From Arcobacteraceae bacterium (GTDB lineage: Bacteria; Campylobacterota; Campylobacteria; Campylobacterales; Arcobacteraceae): DNA of 64,000 bases. The stretch covers positions 1 through 64,000 of the forward strand of contig JBLWVX010000002.1 of the NCBI GenBank assembly GCA_048268245.1, read 5' to 3'. The position numbers were made by a program, and so were the translations under genes. Of the stretch, positions 59,661 to 64,000 are shown one piece after another (position 1 is the first letter of the stretch; each line of letters begins with the position of its first letter). The notes under the pieces were generated by a model. That model did no database searches. It was not told the origin of the DNA and worked only from the letters and a program-made list of their open reading frames with translations.

Positions 59661-60263
59661 TTAAACTTTTTGTTTTTTTGTTTTTTTATAGTACCAGTAT
59701 CCTAAAACAACTAAAGCTAATAAAATACCAACTATTATATATCTTAAATACTCTTTTACTAAAGCTTCGTTATCACCAATAAAGTAACCAAGAAGAGTAA
59801 GCACAACTACCCAAATACCTGCACCAAGTGTAGTATAAATTGAGAAAACTAGTAAGTTCATTCTAGCAAGTCCTGCTGGGAATGAGATATATTGTCTAAC
59901 AGCGGGGATTAACCTACCTGAAAAAGTTGATATATGACCATGACTTTTAAAGAACTCTTCCATTTTATTAATAGTTTCTTCTTTTATAAAAAAGTATTTG
60001 CCATATTTAATTAAAAAAGCTCTACCAAATTTAACTGCTAAGAAGTAGTTTAAAAGTGCACCTGAAAGTGAACCTAGAATACCAAAGAAAATAGCAAGAA
60101 ATAGATTCATTTCACCTTTATATGCTAGGTATCCTGCTGGAACCATTACAACTTCTGAAGGGAAAGGAAAGAATGAACTTTCTAAAAACATCATAATAAA
60201 AATACCTGCATAGCCTAAACTACCAACAGTGTCTACTATAAAGTTTACTATATCTGCTAACAT
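59661..60263 (-). CDS. DedA family membrane protein
   Basis: [28 protein letters not shown]. Confidence 0.93.
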   Translation of the reverse strand: MLADIVNFIVDTVGSLGYAGIFIMMFLESSFFPFPSEVVMVPAGYLAYKGEMNLFLAIFFGILGSLSGALLNYFLAVKFGRAFLIKYGKYFFIKEETINKMEEFFKSHGHISTFSGRLIPAVRQYISFPAGLARMNLLVFSIYTTLGAGIWVVVLTLLGYFIGDNEALVKEYLRYIIVGILLALVVLGYWYYKKTKKQKV

Positions 60264-60270
60264 TAATATC

Positions 60271-60786
60271 CTAAATTAATTTTTTCCATCTTTCGATGGA
60301 ATTGTTTATAAGTTTAAAAATCTCTTCATTACTTGGTTTTTCTTCATCAAAATAATCAGATACAATTTTTAAAATATAAAAATCTTTGATTTTTTCTTTA
60401 CAACTATCTTTGAAAAATGAAGCCTGCTTATCAACTAGAAGTGTTTCTAAGTTTTCATCAGTCTCTAAGTTTTCTTCAACAGTAGTAATATTTGCGAAGT
60501 TAAGTCCAAAAATGAATCTATTTGTACAAAAAAGTGTTCCTAATGCAATTGTGCCATCACTACAAGAAGCTATGCTTAAATCAAATGCTTTAGAAATATC
60601 GTAATTTTTAAATATGTAGTTTAGAGATTCTAAGATTTCTTCTTTACTTACACCTGATATTATAAGTAAAATGTCATCATTAGAATAAATATTTTTCCTA
60701 GAGTCGTTTAATTCTTTTAAATTAAAAAACTCTATGATTGGTTTTGCCTCTACCTTTGAGGTAGTATGAATTAATATCTTAGACAT
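60271..60786 (-). CDS. Nucleoside phosphorylase / MTA-SAH nucleosidase-fold protein, degenerate
   Basis: xEAKPI, IISGV, LVDKQA (cf. VDMEA), LKIVSD. Confidence 0.6.
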   Translation of the reverse strand: MSKILIHTTSKVEAKPIIEFFNLKELNDSRKNIYSNDDILLIISGVSKEEILESLNYIFKNYDISKAFDLSIASCSDGTIALGTLFCTNRFIFGLNFANITTVEENLETDENLETLLVDKQASFFKDSCKEKIKDFYILKIVSDYFDEEKPSNEEIFKLINNSIERWKKLI

Positions 60787-60791
60787 AGTAT

Positions 60792-60815
60792 AAACTAAGG
60801 GGTTAACCTTAGTTA
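60792..60815 (-). terminator. Hairpin after rplS
   Basis: AACTAAGG...CCTTAGTT inverted repeat. Confidence 0.65.
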
Positions 60816-60816
60816 A

Positions 60817-61173
60817 TTACTTTTTAAGCTCTTTAATTCTTGCAGCTTTACCTTTTAATCCTCTTAAGTAGTGAAGTTTAGCTCTTCTTACTCTACCTCT
60901 TCTGATTACCTCAAAAGATTTTAAAGACTCAGAGTATAATGGGAAGATTCTTTCAACACCAACAGAGTTAGCACCGATTTTTCTTACAGTAAATGTAGAA
61001 TCAACACCGTTACCAGCTCTAGCAATAACGATACCTTCGAAAGTTTGAATTCTAGTTTTTGAACCTTCTTTAATTTCAACACCTAATCTAACTGTATCAC
61101 CAGCTCTAAACTGAGGAATTTCTTTGTTTGCAATTTGCGCTGCTTCAAAAGCTGCAATATATCTGTTTTTCAT
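60817..61173 (-). CDS. rplS: 50S ribosomal protein L19
   Basis: [33 protein letters not shown]. Confidence 0.98.
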   Translation of the reverse strand: MKNRYIAAFEAAQIANKEIPQFRAGDTVRLGVEIKEGSKTRIQTFEGIVIARAGNGVDSTFTVRKIGANSVGVERIFPLYSESLKSFEVIRRGRVRRAKLHYLRGLKGKAARIKELKK

Positions 61174-61226
61174 GTCTTTACCTTTGGTGAAAGTGCCCGC
61201 ATTTGCAAGTTGCGGGGTATCACACT

Positions 61227-61919
61227 TTAATTTTTGATTTTTTTGTTTGTAACTAAATCTGGTCTAAAATATTTTGTCTTGCAAATAGCCAGATTATATT
61301 TTAAGTCGGCTATTTTACTGTGATTTCCCTTTAAGAATTCTTTAATGACACTTAAATTTTGGAAATTTTCAGGCTTTGAAAAAGATGGTGCTTCTAAGAT
61401 ATTATCTTCATAACTCTCCGTTACTAGTGAGTCTGAGTTACCAAGTACTCCATCTACATTTCTCGAAATTGCATCAGCCATAACTAATGATGGCAATTCG
61501 CCACCTGTTAGAATAAACTCTCCTATTGAAAATACTTCATTTGCATATTTTTCAATAACTCTTTCATCAATACCTTCATATCTCCCACTAACAAAAACTA
61601 TATTTTTCTTTTTTGCTAATCTTTTTGCATCATTTTGATTAAAAGGTTTTGCAGCAGCCAAAGGAAAAATAATATAAGCTTCTTCATTTTGCTCTTTGAT
61701 TTTATCTAAGCAATCAAAAAGTGGCTGAGGAGTCATAAGCATTCCAGCTCCTCCACCAACCATTTGTTTATCAACTTTATTATGTTTATTAGTAGTATAA
61801 TCTCTTGGATTATAAAACTCATAGTTAATAAAATTTGAATCAACTGCTCTTTTTAAAATCGAGTCTTGAAAGTATGGTTCTACTAAATTTGGGAAAAGTG
61901 TCACAAATGTAAATTTCAA
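61227..61919 (-). CDS. trmD: tRNA (guanine37-N1)-methyltransferase
   Basis: [34 protein letters not shown]. Confidence 0.97.
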   Translation of the reverse strand: MKFTFVTLFPNLVEPYFQDSILKRAVDSNFINYEFYNPRDYTTNKHNKVDKQMVGGGAGMLMTPQPLFDCLDKIKEQNEEAYIIFPLAAAKPFNQNDAKRLAKKKNIVFVSGRYEGIDERVIEKYANEVFSIGEFILTGGELPSLVMADAISRNVDGVLGNSDSLVTESYEDNILEAPSFSKPENFQNLSVIKEFLKGNHSKIADLKYNLAICKTKYFRPDLVTNKKIKN

Positions 61920-62015
61920 AGCAAGCCTTAATTTTTTGGGAATTTTATCTTATTTTAAATTAAGTTTAGTTTTTATTAGCTATACTTTGCCCTTAATTTT
62001 TATGAAAGGATCGTT

Positions 62016-62372
62016 GTGAAGTCACCAAGAGGTTTTGGAAAAAGCTATTTTACATTTGCTAGCATACTAGCTCATAGTGTTCAAAAGACTATTGAAAACC
62101 AAATTACTATTGCGAAAAAGACTTTACGATATAGATCATCTAAAAATGAGGATGAAGTACTAGAAGAGGAACCCCCTGATTTACTTTACACTTTATCTAT
62201 CATTACTAATCAAAATAAAGCTTGTCATTGTGACTGCCACTTTAGGAAAAAAACAAAAGTAGCTATCACTTTATTCAAGTTTATTCCTAGATGTCCATAT
62301 TATACTACTTATTTCGCATTTAGACGAACAGGAGTACACCCTCCACTATTATCTTTAAATTTCAATCAATAA
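62016..62372 (+). CDS. Hypothetical 118-aa ORF in the metE leader
   Basis: AAAGGA RBS with GTG start; open for 118 codons in AT-rich DNA; CHCDCH motif; ends 37 nt before metE. Confidence 0.6.
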   Translation: MKSPRGFGKSYFTFASILAHSVQKTIENQITIAKKTLRYRSSKNEDEVLEEEPPDLLYTLSIITNQNKACHCDCHFRKKTKVAITLFKFIPRCPYYTTYFAFRRTGVHPPLLSLNFNQ

Positions 62373-62409
62373 ATCATACAAACAAAAATAGAAAATTTAA
62401 GGATAAAGA

Positions 62410-64000
62410 ATGTCAAAAAATTATGTAATAGGATTTCCAAGAATTGGAGAACAAAGAGAGCTTAAAAAAGTTTTAGAGGAGTTTTGGTCAAATAAGTGTT
62501 CATTTGAAAAAGTAGAAGTTGTTGCAAAAGAGTTAAAGCAAAGACACTGGTCATATCAGCAAAAATCTGGAATTGATTTTATTTCATCAAATGATTTTTC
62601 ATTTTATGATAATGTTTTAGATACTTGTGTATTATTAAATGCTATTCCTAAAAGATTTAAAGATTTAGAAAATGAAGAATTATATTTTTCAATGGCAAGA
62701 GGTAATAAAAATAGTGTAGCAATGGAAATGACAAAATGGTTTAATACAAACTATCATTTTATAGTTCCAGAGTTAAGCTTAGAAGATGAATATAAATTAA
62801 ATGCTTCAAAAATCATAAATGAATATAAAGAAGCAAAAGAGTTTGGTTTAAAAACTAAAATCAATATTATAGGTCCACTTACATTTTTAGGATTATCAAA
62901 AAGAGTTGATAATGGTGATGTATATGAATTACATTCTAAAATTCTTCCTATATATAAAGAGTTATTAGAAGAGGTTTCAAAACTTGATGAGAGTGTTACT
63001 GTACAAATTGATGAACCTATTTTAGTAAAAGATAATGAAGTAAAAGTTTTAAGTTTAATAAAACCTACATATGATTTATTAGCAAATGTATCTAATAATA
63101 TTGATATTATTGTTACTACGTATTTTGAACACTCAAATGAAGCTACTAAAATTTTAGTAAATACACCTATTTATGCTTTAGGTCTTGACTTTTTATATGG
63201 TGTAAAAAACTTTGAAGTTTTAGATGATATTTCTAAAAGTGGGAAAAAATTAGTTGCAGGTGTAGTTGATGGTAGAAATATCTGGAAAAACAATATTCAA
63301 AATTCTTTAGAACTGTTAAGTAAAATAAGTAAATATATAAATAAAGAAGATTTAATTATCTCTTCATCTTGTTCACTACTTCATACTCCTTATACACTAA
63401 AATATGAAGAAAAAATGAAAAGTGAAATAAAAAATTGGCTTTCATATGCTTGTGAAAAACTTGATGAGCTAAATTTAATTACAAAAATATTTTTTGAAGG
63501 TGTCAATTCATTAAACGAAATTGAACAAAATGCTTACAATGAAAATATTGAATCTAATTATAATAGATTAAACTCTGAAATTATTCATGATAAGTCAGTA
63601 CAACAAAGAGTTGATAACTTCACAAAGTTAGAAAGAGAGGGCAGATATGAAGAAAGAATTAAATTACAAAAAGAGCTTCTAGGATACGAAGATTTAGCAA
63701 CTACTACAATTGGATCTTTCCCTCAAACTCCTGAAGTAAGAAAATCAAGAAGAGATTTCAAAAAAGGAGAGATTTCAAAAGAACAATACGAACAAGATAT
63801 AAAACAATATATTGATGATTGTATTGCTTTCCAAGAAGAGTGTGGAATTGAAGTATTAGTTCATGGAGAACCAGAAAGAAATGATATGGTTGAATACTTT
63901 GGTGAGCAATTAAAAGGTTATGGTTTCTCTCAAAATGGATGGGTTCAATCTTATGGAAGTAGATGTGTAAAGCCACCATTTATTTATGGAGATATTAGTA
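62410..64000 (+). CDS. metE: Cobalamin-independent methionine synthase, runs off the window end
   Basis: Manual translation: MSKNYVIGFPRIGEQRELKK, EMTKWFNTNYHF, TTTIGSFPQT, VHGEPERNDMVEYFGE, GWVQSYGSRCVKPP; absent from ORF track because no stop lies in the window. Confidence 0.97.
   Translation, partial: MSKNYVIGFPRIGEQRELKKVLEEFWSNKCSFEKVEVVAKELKQRHWSYQQKSGIDFISSNDFSFYDNVLDTCVLLNAIPKRFKDLENEELYFSMARGNKNSVAMEMTKWFNTNYHFIVPELSLEDEYKLNASKIINEYKEAKEFGLKTKINIIGPLTFLGLSKRVDNGDVYELHSKILPIYKELLEEVSKLDESVTVQIDEPILVKDNEVKVLSLIKPTYDLLANVSNNIDIIVTTYFEHSNEATKILVNTPIYALGLDFLYGVKNFEVLDDISKSGKKLVAGVVDGRNIWKNNIQNSLELLSKISKYINKEDLIISSSCSLLHTPYTLKYEEKMKSEIKNWLSYACEKLDELNLITKIFFEGVNSLNEIEQNAYNENIESNYNRLNSEIIHDKSVQQRVDNFTKLEREGRYEERIKLQKELLGYEDLATTTIGSFPQTPEVRKSRRDFKKGEISKEQYEQDIKQYIDDCIAFQEECGIEVLVHGEPERNDMVEYFGEQLKGYGFSQNGWVQSYGSRCVKPPFIYGDIS

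Noticed and set aside
63758..63979. 73-aa minus-strand ORF
   Set aside because: Antisense to the metE frame
1..64000. CRISPR arrays, tRNA/rRNA, IS elements, prophage or defence genes
   Set aside because: No repeat-spacer periodicity, RNA-gene-like segments or transposase/integrase ORFs seen by eye; a tool-based scan could still find weak cases

Overview
Very AT-rich bacterial chromosomal window with core and respiratory genes. Gene content and order (napAGHBFLD, nrfHAI, Helicobacter-type putA, short hisG, TGnTATAAT promoters) point to Campylobacterota, most likely Arcobacteraceae; this assignment is inference. In order it holds: a cytochrome bd operon with unannotated small membrane ORFs; Rrf2/rpsO/purKE; a decayed GGDEF-like/EAL pseudogene; a ybiB-like/moaA plus Crp-Fnr/NarX-like-sensor/cobA module; aapJQMP-sdaA; the nitrate-ammonification cluster (nap, nrf) with Fnr-type boxes; c-di-GMP enzymes; serS; a Fur-box-preceded six-gene TonB system; trpS; hisG/coaX; an orphan mreB; a RHH-unknown-liv-putA operon; trmD-rplS; and the 5' part of metE behind an unusual Cys/His-rich upstream ORF. 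I found no rRNA, tRNA, CRISPR array, IS element or prophage. Best candidates for something undescribed: a kinase-less NarX-like sensor paired with a Crp/Fnr regulator; the RHH-led proline operon with its operator palindrome and a GC-rich three-way-junction RNA before putA; and the metE leader ORF. All assignments come from motif recognition by eye, with no database searches.
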